Assembly (NCBI GenBank): GCA_963748625.1
Contig: CAVVJT010000010.1
Coordinates: 1,024,001 to 1,088,000, forward strand
Reading direction: 5' to 3'
DNA: 64,000 nucleotides
Origin: an uncultured Chloroflexia bacterium
Lineage (GTDB): Bacteria > Chloroflexota > Limnocylindria > Limnocylindrales > CSP1-4
Part shown: positions 40,311 through 49,622 of the stretch, one piece after another
How positions within the stretch are numbered: position 1 is the stretch's first letter
Layout of the letters: the number at the start of each line of letters is the position of its first letter
Position numbers and translations under genes: made by a program
The notes under the pieces: model-generated
Told to the model about the DNA's origin: nothing
Seen by the model: only the letters and a program-made list of their open reading frames with translations
Database searches by the model: none

Positions 40311-40904
40311 CTACAGCTCGAGCCAGCCCTCGCGTTCTCCCAGGAGCGCGAGCTCGGTGCGGGACCCGACGTGCCACTGGTCGAACAGCCGCGTGAGGTA
40401 AGCCTCGACGGTCTTGGGGGACACCGAGAGGCGGCGGGCGATCTCCTCGTTGGACTTCCCGGCCGCCAGGAGGCGGACGACCTCGAGCTCGCGGGGCGTC
40501 GGCACCGAGGCGGCGTCGAGCGCCCCGAGGTGGGCCGCCGTGTAGGCCGTGCCACCCGAGGCCGCAGCGCGGATGGCGGCGACCACCTCGTCGGTCGACG
40601 CCGTCTTGAGCAGGAAGCCCGACGCGCCGCGCTCGAGGGCGGTCCGCGCGTAGAGCGGGCGGTCCCACGACGACAGCACGACGAACGCCGGCGGCCCGGA
40701 CCGCTGCACGAGGTCGAGGCCCGAGCCGTCAGGCAGCCGGACGTCCACCACGACGACGTCGCAGGGCGTGGCAGCCAGCCCCCGTCGGGCCTCGGCGAGG
40801 CTCGCCGCGGTCCATGCCACCTCCAGGCCCTCATGCTGGGCCAGCGACGAGGCCAGGCCGTCCAGGACGAGCGGATGGTCATCGACGACGCCGATGCGGA
40901 TCAC
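40311..40904 (-). CDS. NarL/LuxR-family response regulator
   Basis: VVDDHPL, VVDVRLPD, GFLLK; HTH TPRELEVVRLLAAGKSNEEIA...SPKTVE. Confidence 0.93.
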   Translation of the reverse strand: MIRIGVVDDHPLVLDGLASSLAQHEGLEVAWTAASLAEARRGLAATPCDVVVVDVRLPDGSGLDLVQRSGPPAFVVLSSWDRPLYARTALERGASGFLLKTASTDEVVAAIRAAASGGTAYTAAHLGALDAASVPTPRELEVVRLLAAGKSNEEIARRLSVSPKTVEAYLTRLFDQWHVGSRTELALLGEREGWLEL

Positions 40905-42416
40905 GCTTGGGCCTCCCACCTGAACCTGACGGTGTATGCATCTGCGGTGCGCTCGATGGCAACGGTGCCGCCGACGGACGCCGCGCGCTCGCGCATGGAG
41001 TCGAGACCGAAGTGCCCGAGTTGGCCGGCCGGGGCAGACGGCGACGGGCCGCTGCCCTGGCCATCATCGTTGATGACGAGGTCGATGGCCTTCGAGGCGA
41101 CGGATCCCTCCACTCGGAGGGTGCGTCCGCTGCTGTGCTGGATCGAATTGGCGCATGCCTGCTGGACGATCCGGAAGACCGCCGTCTCCAGGTCGGCATC
41201 GAGCCGTTTGCCGGGAGCGAGGAGGTCGTCCACCTGTACCGTGACCGCCCAGGCCGGGTTGGCCTCGCGCAGGGCGTCACCGAGGTCCTCGAACGCGGCG
41301 ACGAGCCCCAGGTCCTCGAGGACCGGGGGCCGCAGCGCCGTCACCACGTCGCGCAGCTGCGCGGCCACCTGCCGCAGGGCCGCCGTCTCCGTGGGCGTGT
41401 CCGGCCGGGCGTCGAGCGTGCCGGATGACCGCGGCCAGCTCCTGCAGCGGCGCGTCGTGGATCTCGCGCGCGAGCCGGCCGCGCTCCTGCTCGATCGCTC
41501 GCAGCTCTGCCTGGCGGCGTACGTCGCCGATGAGGGCTCGCTCGACCACCCGGGCGGTGGTCCGTCGTGCTGCCGGGTAGACCAGGACGAGCACGGCGGC
41601 GACCGCCAGCACGGGAACAGGCGGCAGGTCAAGCACCTGGAGGCCGACGAGCGCGAGCGCGAAGACGCCCGGGAGGTAGACGAGGTCGAGGGGGTTCGGG
41701 CCGGACGCCTCGGAGAGACGGCGGAGGAGCCGGCGGCGGTCAATCGCGACGATCGTGGCGAGCAGCGTCAGCGCGGCGAGGAGCGGCAGCCGAAGCACAT
41801 CGAGCACGTCGAAGGCGACTGGCACGACGCGGATGGCCAGCACCCAGGCGGCGGCAAGCGCGACGGCCAGCGCCACGAGGAGCCCGATCCCGGCGCGGCT
41901 CGTGGTCCGTGCCGCCACGGCGACGATGCTGGCTCCGGCCACCAGAAAGGCGCCCGACCCCGCGAGCAGGAGATCGCCGAGGTTGCCCGTCCGAAGCAGC
42001 GGCACGGCTGCGAGCCCGACGGCGATCGGAATGAGCGCGGCCCCCCAGGGCGATCGCCGCAGCAGGAGGACGGACGCGGCGAACACGAGGATGGCACCCA
42101 CGAGCGCGATGTCGACGGTCCCCCGAAGCTGCGCGAGATGGCTGGACCAGTTGCTCAGGTGAAGGCCGCCGGAGCCTTCCGCCACGAGCTCCCAACCGCC
42201 GGCCGACGCCCCGTCCTGCAACGAGACGACGACGTCGCCTGCGCGAACGCCGTCGCGCCACACCGGTCCACCTGGCAGCACGTAGGCCACAGCGGTGCCC
42301 TCGCTTGTGAAGCCCATTGCGGAATCCGGGTACGCGGTGGCAGCCGTGACCAGGCTGTAGATCGCGACAGCCGTCGCCACGGCGATGAGTGCGAAACGGA
42401 ACCCCCGCATGAGCAT
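40901..42416 (-). CDS. Membrane sensor histidine kinase with PDZ-like domain (HisKA_3; apparent indel at about 41425)
   Basis: VAYVLPGGPVWRDGVRAGDVV PDZ-like, multiple TMs, ERGRLAREIHD; second frame LRPPVLEDLGL, DDGQG, GHFGLDSMRERA. Confidence 0.85.
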
Positions 42417-42441
42417 GCCTGCATTGTCGCAGCGAGCCCGA

Positions 42442-42477
42442 TAGGGGAATCCCTATTCGCGCCTAGGGAACCTCCCG
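42442..42477. promoter_or_regulatory. Paired TAGGG-N4-CCCTA palindromes (site 3) in divergent promoter
   Basis: TAGGGGAATCCCTA at 42442 and degenerate TAGGGAACCTCCCG at 42464. Confidence 0.7.
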
Positions 42478-42538
42478 ATTGCGTTCCGGTATCGGCCCGA
42501 TGACGCTGGGGATCAACCCAATTTGCAGGGGGGAACGC

Positions 42539-43045
42539 ATGTCACGGTGGAACTCGGCCCGACTGCTCGGGCTTGCAGTCGCCTTGGTGGTCACGCTCCA
42601 GGGGGCCCCGGACGCACGCGCGGACAGCATGAGCGCCACGCTGGATGGGCGGCCAATCAGCATGGAGGAGGCCGAGACCCTCTCCTGTCACGACTTCGAC
42701 TACCCGGTCCTCACGTGCTTCAAGGAGTCGGCGGTGATGGAGCGGGTTGCTGCCGCACGCTTCGCGGCACGGGCGGCGATGTCAGCAGCCTCGTCGGGGT
42801 ACGTGGTGGCCTTCGAGAACGGCAGCTACGTGAGCCCGGCGCGGACGATCTCCCAGAGCTACTCGTATCTGGGCGACATCGGTTTCAACGACAAGATCAG
42901 CTCGTTCAAGTCGTACGGCGCAACGGGCCGATTCCTGGAGCATGCACCGCCGGGCGGCCTCCTCTACCCGTTCTCGGGCTCTACCTGGGTCTCGTACGCC
43001 GGGGACACCTATAACGACAAGTTCAGCTCGGTGACGTTGTACTGA
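42539..43045 (+). CDS. Secreted protein with beta/gamma-crystallin-like (peptidase inhibitor I36-like) domain
   Basis: Signal peptide ending ARA; two NDKxSS motifs (FNDKISSF, YNDKFSSV). Confidence 0.7.
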   Translation: MSRWNSARLLGLAVALVVTLQGAPDARADSMSATLDGRPISMEEAETLSCHDFDYPVLTCFKESAVMERVAAARFAARAAMSAASSGYVVAFENGSYVSPARTISQSYSYLGDIGFNDKISSFKSYGATGRFLEHAPPGGLLYPFSGSTWVSYAGDTYNDKFSSVTLY

Positions 43046-43047
43046 GC

Positions 43048-43281
43048 CAAATCCTGCAGACCTCTGGAAGCCTTGAGTACGACATCTCTCACGCGAATGC
43101 CTACGACACGCAGTCGGAGCGACGGAAGATCGCGTGCCACGAGATGGGCCACACCTTCGGCCTTCGACACAGCACGGGCGACGGTACGAGCACCTGTATG
43201 ACCGCAACCGCGACCGACGCAACCGTGGTGGGGATCTCGGCGCACGACGAGAACCACCTCATCAACTACTACCCGCACTGA
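43048..43281 (+). pseudogene. Start-less C-terminal fragment of a metzincin (matrixin-like) zinc protease
   Basis: Manual translation ...RRKIACHEMGHTFGLRHSTGDGTSTCM...HDENHLINYYPH*: HExxHxxGxxH plus Met-turn; no upstream start (TAA at 43012). Confidence 0.75.
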
Positions 43282-43288
43282 CGAGGAG

Positions 43289-43954
43289 ATGACGATGCAG
43301 CAGATTGCCCGCGTTCTCGTTCTTGCGGCGGTGGTCCTGTCCGTCCTCACCGTCGGCCTGTCGATAGCCCATAGCCGGGAGGCCACGGACGTCGCCGCTC
43401 GCTCGGATCGCTTCTGGGAACTCCTTGCTGTCAACGGGTCACCCATGGCCCATTTCAACACGCTCGACGCGATGGCCGACGAGTCCGACCTCGTGGTGGT
43501 CGGCCGGATCGTCAGTGTCGCACCGGGGCGTGAGGTCCGCGACCTCGACGCCGAGGCGGAGGGGTATGCGCGCGAGGAGGCCTCCGTGTACTTCGCGGAT
43601 GCGACGCTGGTCGTGGATGAGGCGCTCAAGGGCGATCCCGGCAAGGACGTGAAGCTGCAACTGCTCCTGCCGCAGCCCGGGGTGCTCGAACAGGTCCAGG
43701 CTGACCTGCCCACCGAGCGCGGCATCTACTTCCTGCGCGACATGGGCGCCTACTTTGCGAAGGAGAACCCGGAGTCCGGCCTGGCGACGACCCTCCAGGG
43801 CACGTACGACTTCGTCAGCCCCCAGGGGCTCATCCGGGATCTCAACGGGGCCGTGGGCGTCACCGCGGACGAGGGCGACACTTGGCTGCACGAGCTGGCC
43901 CGTCGCACGTTCACAGAGGTGCTCGCCGACGCGCGGCAAACGGCGGCTGACTGA
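43289..43954 (+). CDS. Membrane-anchored/secreted hypothetical protein
   Basis: GAGGAG SD; N-terminal TM; TLDAMADESDLVVVGRIVSVAPG. Confidence 0.7.
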   Translation: MTMQQIARVLVLAAVVLSVLTVGLSIAHSREATDVAARSDRFWELLAVNGSPMAHFNTLDAMADESDLVVVGRIVSVAPGREVRDLDAEAEGYAREEASVYFADATLVVDEALKGDPGKDVKLQLLLPQPGVLEQVQADLPTERGIYFLRDMGAYFAKENPESGLATTLQGTYDFVSPQGLIRDLNGAVGVTADEGDTWLHELARRTFTEVLADARQTAAD

Positions 43955-43972
43955 GCGGCGCGGAAGACGCGC

Positions 43973-45297
43973 TCAGGAGGTCGGCGGCTCCGCCCTCTGC
44001 CACTCCAGCCACGTGTCGGGATCGACGCGCGGGCGAGCCACCCAGGCCTCACCGTCCCGGACCGCGATCTCGGGCGGGAGTGCGTGCGAGAGGAAGAACG
44101 GCATCGACTCGGTGGCCCCGTAGGCGCCCACGTCCAGCACGGCGACCAGGTCCCCCACCGATGGCGCGGTCGGCACGGTGTCGCCTGACGCGAGGACGTC
44201 GAGGCCGGTGCACAGCGGGCCGGCCAACGTGACGGGACGGTCCGAGGCGACGGATGCCGGCGACGAGGCCGGACCCGTCAGCACGCGGACGCGGTGTGCC
44301 TGGCCGACCAGCGTGGGCCGCAGGACGTGATGGATGCCGCCGTCCAGGATGGCGACCTCGCGGCCGCCGACGCGCTTGCGGTCCACGACGCGGGTGAGGT
44401 AGGCGCCCGACGCGCCGACCAGGAAGCGGCCTGGCTCCAGGAGCAGGCGGGTGTCGAGCCGTCGCGGGGTCGGCGACGAGGCGGTCGGCCAGCGCGGCGA
44501 GGCGCGTTCGCAGGAGGTCAAGGTCGAGTTCGCGCTCGTCGTCGGCATACGGGATGCCCAGTCCCCCACCGCAGTCCACCAGGCGAAGCGCGAACCCGGC
44601 GTCGGCAGCCAGGCGGGCGCCCGTCGCTGACCGTCGCCTCGATGTGGTCGGCCAGGGCGTCCGCGTCGAGCAGGTTCGACGCACCGAACGCGTGCACGCC
44701 CCACGGCTCCAGCCAGGGCGATGCGACCGCAAACAGGGCGGCGGCTCGGAGGTCTTCGGCGCTCATGCCGAACTTGCCGGCGCCCGCGTCGCCGATGATC
44801 CGGATCCGCTCGTGGCGGGCAGCGTCCGGGGCATTCGCACGCAGGACCACCGGCTGGCGACGCCCGAGCGACTCCGCGATCCGCGCGAGGCGGCGCAGCT
44901 CGTTCACCGACTCCACGGTGATCACCCGGATCCCGGCCTCGACGGCTGCGACGAGCTCCTCGTCACGCTTGCCGGGACCCGTCATCACCACGCGAGCAGG
45001 ATCGATCCCCGCCCGCAGCGCGTGGCGCAGCTCCCCGCCCGACGCCACGTCCGCGCCCAGCCCAAGCCCGCCCAGGTGCCGTAGCACCGCGAGGTTCGGG
45101 TTCGCCTTGACGGCGTACGCGAGGTCGAAGACAGGCGGGAGCGCGGCCCGGAGCGCCGCCACCTGCGCGGTCACGACGTCGAGGTCGTACACGAACGACG
45201 GCGTCCCGAAGCGCTCGGCGAGCTCGGCAGGGTCGAGCCCGGCGAGGCGGCCCTCGCGCAGCACCTCGTTCCGGACCATCTCGCGTACCTCCGTCAT
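43973..45297 (-). CDS. lysA: Diaminopimelate decarboxylase (PLP fold III; apparent indels at about 44460 and 44630)
   Basis: GTPSFVYD, YAVKAN, GPGK, KFG, DCGGGLG, EPGRFLV, GPLCT, GAYG across three frames; last gene of the dap operon. Confidence 0.8.
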
Positions 45298-46106
45298 CGA
45301 AGGGCATCCTCGAGCGCCACCCGGGCGTCCGTCCCGGCATCGCGATCCTTGACCAGCAGTGCCACCGACGCCGACAGCCCGTGCTCGGCGGCGAACTGGC
45401 CCGGCAGCGCCCGCGTGCCCGGCACCACGACGGCGCACGGCGGCACCGCCAGCGGCGCGTCGAGCGTACCGGTGATCACCCGCTCGCGGACCATGTCGTA
45501 GAGGCGCGACGTGCCGGTGAGCGTGACCCCGGCTCCGATGACGGCCCCGTAGCCCACGAGCACGCCTTCTAGCAGCGCGGAGCCCGCACCCACGAAGGCG
45601 TCGTCCTCCACGATGACCGGCCGCGCGCCCGCGGGTTCCAGGACCCCGCCGATCGACACGCCCGCCGACAGGTGCACCCGTGCGCCGATCTGCGCGCAGG
45701 AGCCCACGAGCACGTGCGAGTCGACCATGGTGTCCTCGCCGATCCACGCGCCGACGTTCACGAACGACGGCGGCATCACGACGACACCGGGTCCGAGGTA
45801 GACGCCTCCCCGGATGGAGGTGCCGCCCGGGACGATGCGCCACGGCCGGCCGGCGTCGAACGCCGCGACCGCCTCGGGGGACGAGAGGAGGTCGCGGAGG
45901 GGGAGGCCGACGCGATCGCGGAACTGGAATGTGCCGTCGAGGTTCCAGGTGGTGGTGGCCCGGTCGCGGAAGCAGGCAAGGATCGCGGCCTTGACGTCGG
46001 GGTCGGCACACCAGCCACCAGGCGCGTCCGCGTCGGGGACCGCGGCGCGCCGGCGGCCGGCATCGAGGTCTTCGAGGATGGAGCTTGTCGAGGCCTCCGC
46101 GGTCAC
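45294..46106 (-). CDS. dapD: Tetrahydrodipicolinate N-succinyltransferase
   Basis: RIVPGG, PSFVNVGAW, MVDSH..VGSCAQIG..VHLS.GV.IGGVLEP, PVIVEDDAFVG. Confidence 0.92.
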   Translation of the reverse strand: MTAEASTSSILEDLDAGRRRAAVPDADAPGGWCADPDVKAAILACFRDRATTTWNLDGTFQFRDRVGLPLRDLLSSPEAVAAFDAGRPWRIVPGGTSIRGGVYLGPGVVVMPPSFVNVGAWIGEDTMVDSHVLVGSCAQIGARVHLSAGVSIGGVLEPAGARPVIVEDDAFVGAGSALLEGVLVGYGAVIGAGVTLTGTSRLYDMVRERVITGTLDAPLAVPPCAVVVPGTRALPGQFAAEHGLSASVALLVKDRDAGTDARVALEDALR

Positions 46107-47083
46107 GCGGCCACCTCGTCGGCCACGTCGGCCTCGATCACCGTCGTGGGCAGGAGGTCGAGCTCGCGCAGGATGCCCGTGAGTCGCTCGCGCGGCGCAT
46201 CGGTCAGCGTGAGCAGCGGCTGGCGCAGCGTGTCGGTCTCGAGCAGGCCCATCGCCAGCATGCCGGCCTTCACCGGCACCGGGTTCGGAGCGCCCTGGAA
46301 GTTGGCGCGCAGCAGCGGCAGCAGGCGGTGGTGGATGCGCTGGGCCTCGGCGACATCGCCCGTGTGCCAGGCGCGCACGAGCGCGCTCATCTCGCCCGGG
46401 ACCTGGTTCGACGCCACGGAGATCACGCCGTCGCCACCCATCGCGAGGATCGCCAGGGTCGCGGCGTCGTCGCCCGAGAGCACGGCCACGTCGCGCGGGC
46501 GGTCGCGGCAGATGACCGCCAGTTGCTCGATGTTGGCGCTCGCCTCCTTGACGGCGATGACGTTGGGATGCTCGGCCAGGTGCAGGAAGGTATCGGCCTC
46601 GACATTGGCGCCGGTCCGGCCGGGGACGTTGTAGACGATGATCGGCAGGCCGCCCTCGTCGGCGACGGCGCGGAAGTGGGCCTCGAGCATGCGCTGGTCG
46701 GGCTTGTTGTAGTAGGGCGTGACGATGAGTGCCGCGTCCGCGCCGATGGCCGCCGCACGCTGCGTGGCCTCGATGGAGCTGCGCGTGTCGTTTGACCCCG
46801 TGCCCGCGATGACCGGGATCCGATGGCGGAAGGGTCGGGCCGCCACGGTCTCGACTGCGATGCGGATGCAGGTGTCGCGTTCCTCGACCGACAGCGTAGG
46901 CGACTCGCCGGTGGTGCCCACCGGGACGAGGCCGTCGATGCCGGCGATCACCTGCCATGCGGCGAGCCGTCGATAGGCGGCCTCGTCGAGGGCGCCGTCG
47001 GGCGTGAAGGGGGTCACAAGGGCCGTGAAGGCGCCGCGGAGGAGGGGGAACTGGCCGTGGGCGGTGTATCGGACGGGGGTCAT
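46103..47083 (-). CDS. dapA: 4-hydroxy-tetrahydrodipicolinate synthase
   Basis: GTTGESPTL, TPYYNKP, YNVPGRTG, AVKEAS, SGDD. Confidence 0.96.
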   Translation of the reverse strand: MTPVRYTAHGQFPLLRGAFTALVTPFTPDGALDEAAYRRLAAWQVIAGIDGLVPVGTTGESPTLSVEERDTCIRIAVETVAARPFRHRIPVIAGTGSNDTRSSIEATQRAAAIGADAALIVTPYYNKPDQRMLEAHFRAVADEGGLPIIVYNVPGRTGANVEADTFLHLAEHPNVIAVKEASANIEQLAVICRDRPRDVAVLSGDDAATLAILAMGGDGVISVASNQVPGEMSALVRAWHTGDVAEAQRIHHRLLPLLRANFQGAPNPVPVKAGMLAMGLLETDTLRQPLLTLTDAPRERLTGILRELDLLPTTVIEADVADEVAA

Positions 47084-47164
47084 GGCAGTGGGTCTCCCTG
47101 GATGTCGATGCGGTCGGAGTGAATAGAGCTCGTCGGTTATGCAGTCATCGGATGCATAGGCTGA

Positions 47165-47923
47165 TCAGGCCGGCACGGCCACCGTCGCGGCGGCCAGGAG
47201 GTCGTCCACGACGGCATCGAAGGGGTGGAGGCCGGGCTCCTGGGTCTCGGCCATGAGCCAGCGGGCGGCCGCAAGGGCGCCGTCGGCGTAAGCGGTCCGG
47301 TCCCTGGCGGTGAGCCGCAGCTCCACCGACTCGCCCGGTCCGTCGAAGGTCACGAGGTGGGTGCCCGGGGCGACGCCGGCACGGATGCCGACGACCTCGA
47401 GGGCGGGGCGGGTGTCGGTCTCGTCCGCATCCGGGCCGGCCCAGCGCGGATCCGCCGTGACGATGCGGCGGGCCATCGTGCGCGCGGTGCCAGACGGGCG
47501 GTCGGCCTTGCCACGGCGGTGCCACTCGACGATGGACGGCTCGAAGCCGCCGGCGGCGCCGTACCAGGCGGCAGCCGTCTCGACGAGGCGGAGGAACAGC
47601 GCAGCACCGAGGGCGAGATTAGGGGCGACGACCGCCGCGGCATCGTGCTCGAGGAGGAGCGAGCGGACACGCGGCAGGTCGCCGTCCCAGGCGGATGTGC
47701 CGATGATGAAGCGCCGGTTCCCGGCGGCGAGGGCATGGGCGATGTTCACGGCGACGGACTCGCCGTATGAGGTCTCGATGACGACATCGGCGAGGGGGGC
47801 GACGCCGCGGGCGCCGGTCGCCGGAGGGCGGCCGACGAGGGTGGGCGCGGGCAGGCCGGCGGTCAGCGCGGCAGAGGCGATGGCGCCGCCGAGGCGGCCC
47901 GGTCCGTAGATGAGGAGGTGCAT
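47165..47923 (-). CDS. dapB: 4-hydroxy-tetrahydrodipicolinate reductase
   Basis: GPGRLG, APNLALG, EWHRRGKADRPSGTA, GTHLV. Confidence 0.9.
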   Translation of the reverse strand: MHLLIYGPGRLGGAIASAALTAGLPAPTLVGRPPATGARGVAPLADVVIETSYGESVAVNIAHALAAGNRRFIIGTSAWDGDLPRVRSLLLEHDAAAVVAPNLALGAALFLRLVETAAAWYGAAGGFEPSIVEWHRRGKADRPSGTARTMARRIVTADPRWAGPDADETDTRPALEVVGIRAGVAPGTHLVTFDGPGESVELRLTARDRTAYADGALAAARWLMAETQEPGLHPFDAVVDDLLAAATVAVPA

Positions 47924-47969
47924 ATCGGACGTCCTTTCGTGAGGGATGCCCCACGGTTCCGGAGGTCCG

Positions 47970-48012
47970 AAGAATCACAAAGGCCGCGATCACCGTCGTG
48001 GTGTTCGCGGCC
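47970..48012 (-). terminator. Intrinsic terminator/attenuator upstream of dapB
   Basis: Stem GGCCGCGA-x-CACC...GGTG-x-TCGCGGCC (47982-48012) followed on the minus strand by TTTGTGATTCTT. Confidence 0.7.
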
Positions 48013-48062
48013 CCTTCATCGCCTCCGGTCCCGGAGGCTCGGGTGTCGTCGCTCGCGCGCCG

Positions 48063-48143
48063 TCAGAGCCCCAGGGCCCGAGTCTTCCGACTGGGCCGCC
48101 AAGGCTTCCGCTTGGAATCGGCGACGAGGTGGATGTGCGTCAT
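48063..48143 (-). CDS. Putative Lys-containing leader peptide of the dap-lysA operon
   Basis: MTHIHLVADSKRKPWRPSRKTRALGL*; CATACT 9 nt upstream; terminator 50 nt downstream. Confidence 0.5.
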   Translation of the reverse strand: MTHIHLVADSKRKPWRPSRKTRALGL

Positions 48144-48191
48144 TGCGGGCGCAGTATGCCGTCGTCGCCTGAGATGTGCAAACATTTCATC

Positions 48192-48755
48192 GTGAGTAGG
48201 TTCTATGCATACGCGGTGACGGGCTCGATCCCGTCCGACTTCGGTCCGGTGCGGGTGGCCGCGACGAGTGCCGGGGTGGCGGCGGTTGAGCTGCTCGGTT
48301 CCGACGAGGGGTTCCCAGTCTGGCTTGCGCGACGGGGCGTGATCGTGGATCCCGGGGAAGCTGGCGAGCAGGCGGCAGCGCACCTTGAGGCGGTGGCGGA
48401 TGCCGTCGGGGAGCTGCTGGCGGGCGGGGATCCCGCGATGGATGCGATCCCCGTGGACGTCGGCGACCGCTCCGAGTGGGACCGGCTGGTCCTGGGTGCC
48501 GTGCGCGCGATCGCGCGCGGGACGACGGCGTCGTACGGGGAGGTGGCGCGATGGATCGGGCGACCTGGGGCGGCGCGGGCGGTGGGTGGCGCCGTGGGCC
48601 GGAACCCGGTGGGCCTGCTGATCCCCTGCCACCGCGTGATCGCGGGCGACGGGTCGCTGGGCGGGTACGGGGCCGCCTCGTGGGGCGGCATCGAGGCTGC
48701 GCTCGACCTCAAGCGGGCCCTCCTGGCACTCGAGGGTGTCGCGATCCGGCGCTGA
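48192..48755 (+). CDS. ogt: Methylated-DNA-protein-cysteine methyltransferase
   Basis: SYGEVA, AARAVG.AVGRNP, IPCHRV; start approximate. Confidence 0.92.
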   Translation: MSRFYAYAVTGSIPSDFGPVRVAATSAGVAAVELLGSDEGFPVWLARRGVIVDPGEAGEQAAAHLEAVADAVGELLAGGDPAMDAIPVDVGDRSEWDRLVLGAVRAIARGTTASYGEVARWIGRPGAARAVGGAVGRNPVGLLIPCHRVIAGDGSLGGYGAASWGGIEAALDLKRALLALEGVAIRR

Positions 48756-48883
48756 CGCGATGCCGGGTGTCGCCCAGCCGACACGCACCCTGTGCGAACG
48801 GGCATGCCGCACCCGGACAGCGCGACCGTACAGTCCGAGGCACATCGGATGGATGTGCAAGCGGCAGCGGCGGGAGGCCGGAG

Positions 48884-49372
48884 ATGGCGCAGAACGACCA
48901 GGATCAGGGTTTCGCGACCCGTCTGCCGGGGACCGGCGGGGACTTCATCGACAGCCAGGACGTCGAGGGGCACGGCCTCCGCCGGGATGACGAGGCCGAG
49001 GGCGCGGCCCGCCGCGACGCCGACGGTGACGGTGCGATCCGCCGCGACGACGACGTCGAGGGGCACGGCCTCCGCCGGGATGACGAGGCCGAGGGCGCGG
49101 CCCGCCGCGACGCCGACGGTGACGGCGCGATCCGCCGCGACGACGACGTCGAGGGGCACGGCCTCCGCCGGGATGACGAGGCCGAGGGCGCGGCCCGCCG
49201 CGACGCCGACGGTGACGGCGCGATCCGCCGCGACGACGACGTCGAGGGGCACGGCGCTCGAACGCCGTTCGCAGACGAAGGGGGTCCCGACGACCTCTAC
49301 ACCAGCCGTCCCGCCGGCCAGGGCGAGATCATCATGCGCGGCCCCAACGACAACCCGCACGGCGAGCGCTGA
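48884..49372 (+). CDS. Acidic repeat protein (DVEGH/RRD repeats), candidate precursor peptide
   Basis: GGGAGG SD at 48872; 162 aa with three copies of DVEGHGLRRDDEAEGAARRDADGDGAIRRDD plus a fourth DVEGHG; hairpin follows. Confidence 0.75.
   Translation: MAQNDQDQGFATRLPGTGGDFIDSQDVEGHGLRRDDEAEGAARRDADGDGAIRRDDDVEGHGLRRDDEAEGAARRDADGDGAIRRDDDVEGHGLRRDDEAEGAARRDADGDGAIRRDDDVEGHGARTPFADEGGPDDLYTSRPAGQGEIIMRGPNDNPHGER
48959..49255 (+). repeat. 93-bp in-frame tandem repeat, 3.2 copies
   Basis: GACGTCGAGGGGCACGGC starts at 48959, 49052, 49145, 49238. Confidence 0.95.
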
Positions 49373-49390
49373 TCCTCCTCCGCGCTCGAA

Positions 49391-49414
49391 CGGCCGGCCC
49401 GCAAGGGCCGGCCG
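49391..49414 (+). terminator. Hairpin after the repeat-peptide gene
   Basis: CGGCCGGCCC-GCAA-GGGCCGGCCG perfect 10-bp stem; no strong U-tract. Confidence 0.55.
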
Positions 49415-49622
49415 TCGTGCTGTCCGGCGCGACCCCGGCCCCCGCCTGTCACTGGTCGACAAGCCCACCGGGTACCGGACACCGGTGATCCCCCAGCCGG
49501 GGGGCGTTCGTGGCTCATGCATGCAGGACTCAACCCCCCGTTTGTCGATTCGGGGGTTGATCCACGAAAGCGAGCACCGGATTCGCCCCACGGCTGGGGC
49601 GCTGGGCTGGGGCGCCGGGATG

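Noticed and set aside
28756-45297. Frameshifts in fabD, fabF-1, the histidine kinase and lysA as programmed frameshifting or pseudogenes
   Set aside because: Single-base indels in GC runs of otherwise intact, often essential genes, with no slippery-site pattern and no in-frame stops; typical of uncorrected long-read errors.
47930-48190. Lysine riboswitch or T-box upstream of dapB
   Set aside because: I could not see the lysine-aptamer or T-box (AAxxAGGGTGGxACC) consensus; a leader-peptide model fits better. An Rfam scan would settle it.
48959-49255. 93-bp repeats as a CRISPR array
   Set aside because: Units are contiguous and near-identical with no unique spacers, the length is a multiple of 3 in an open frame, and there are no cas genes.
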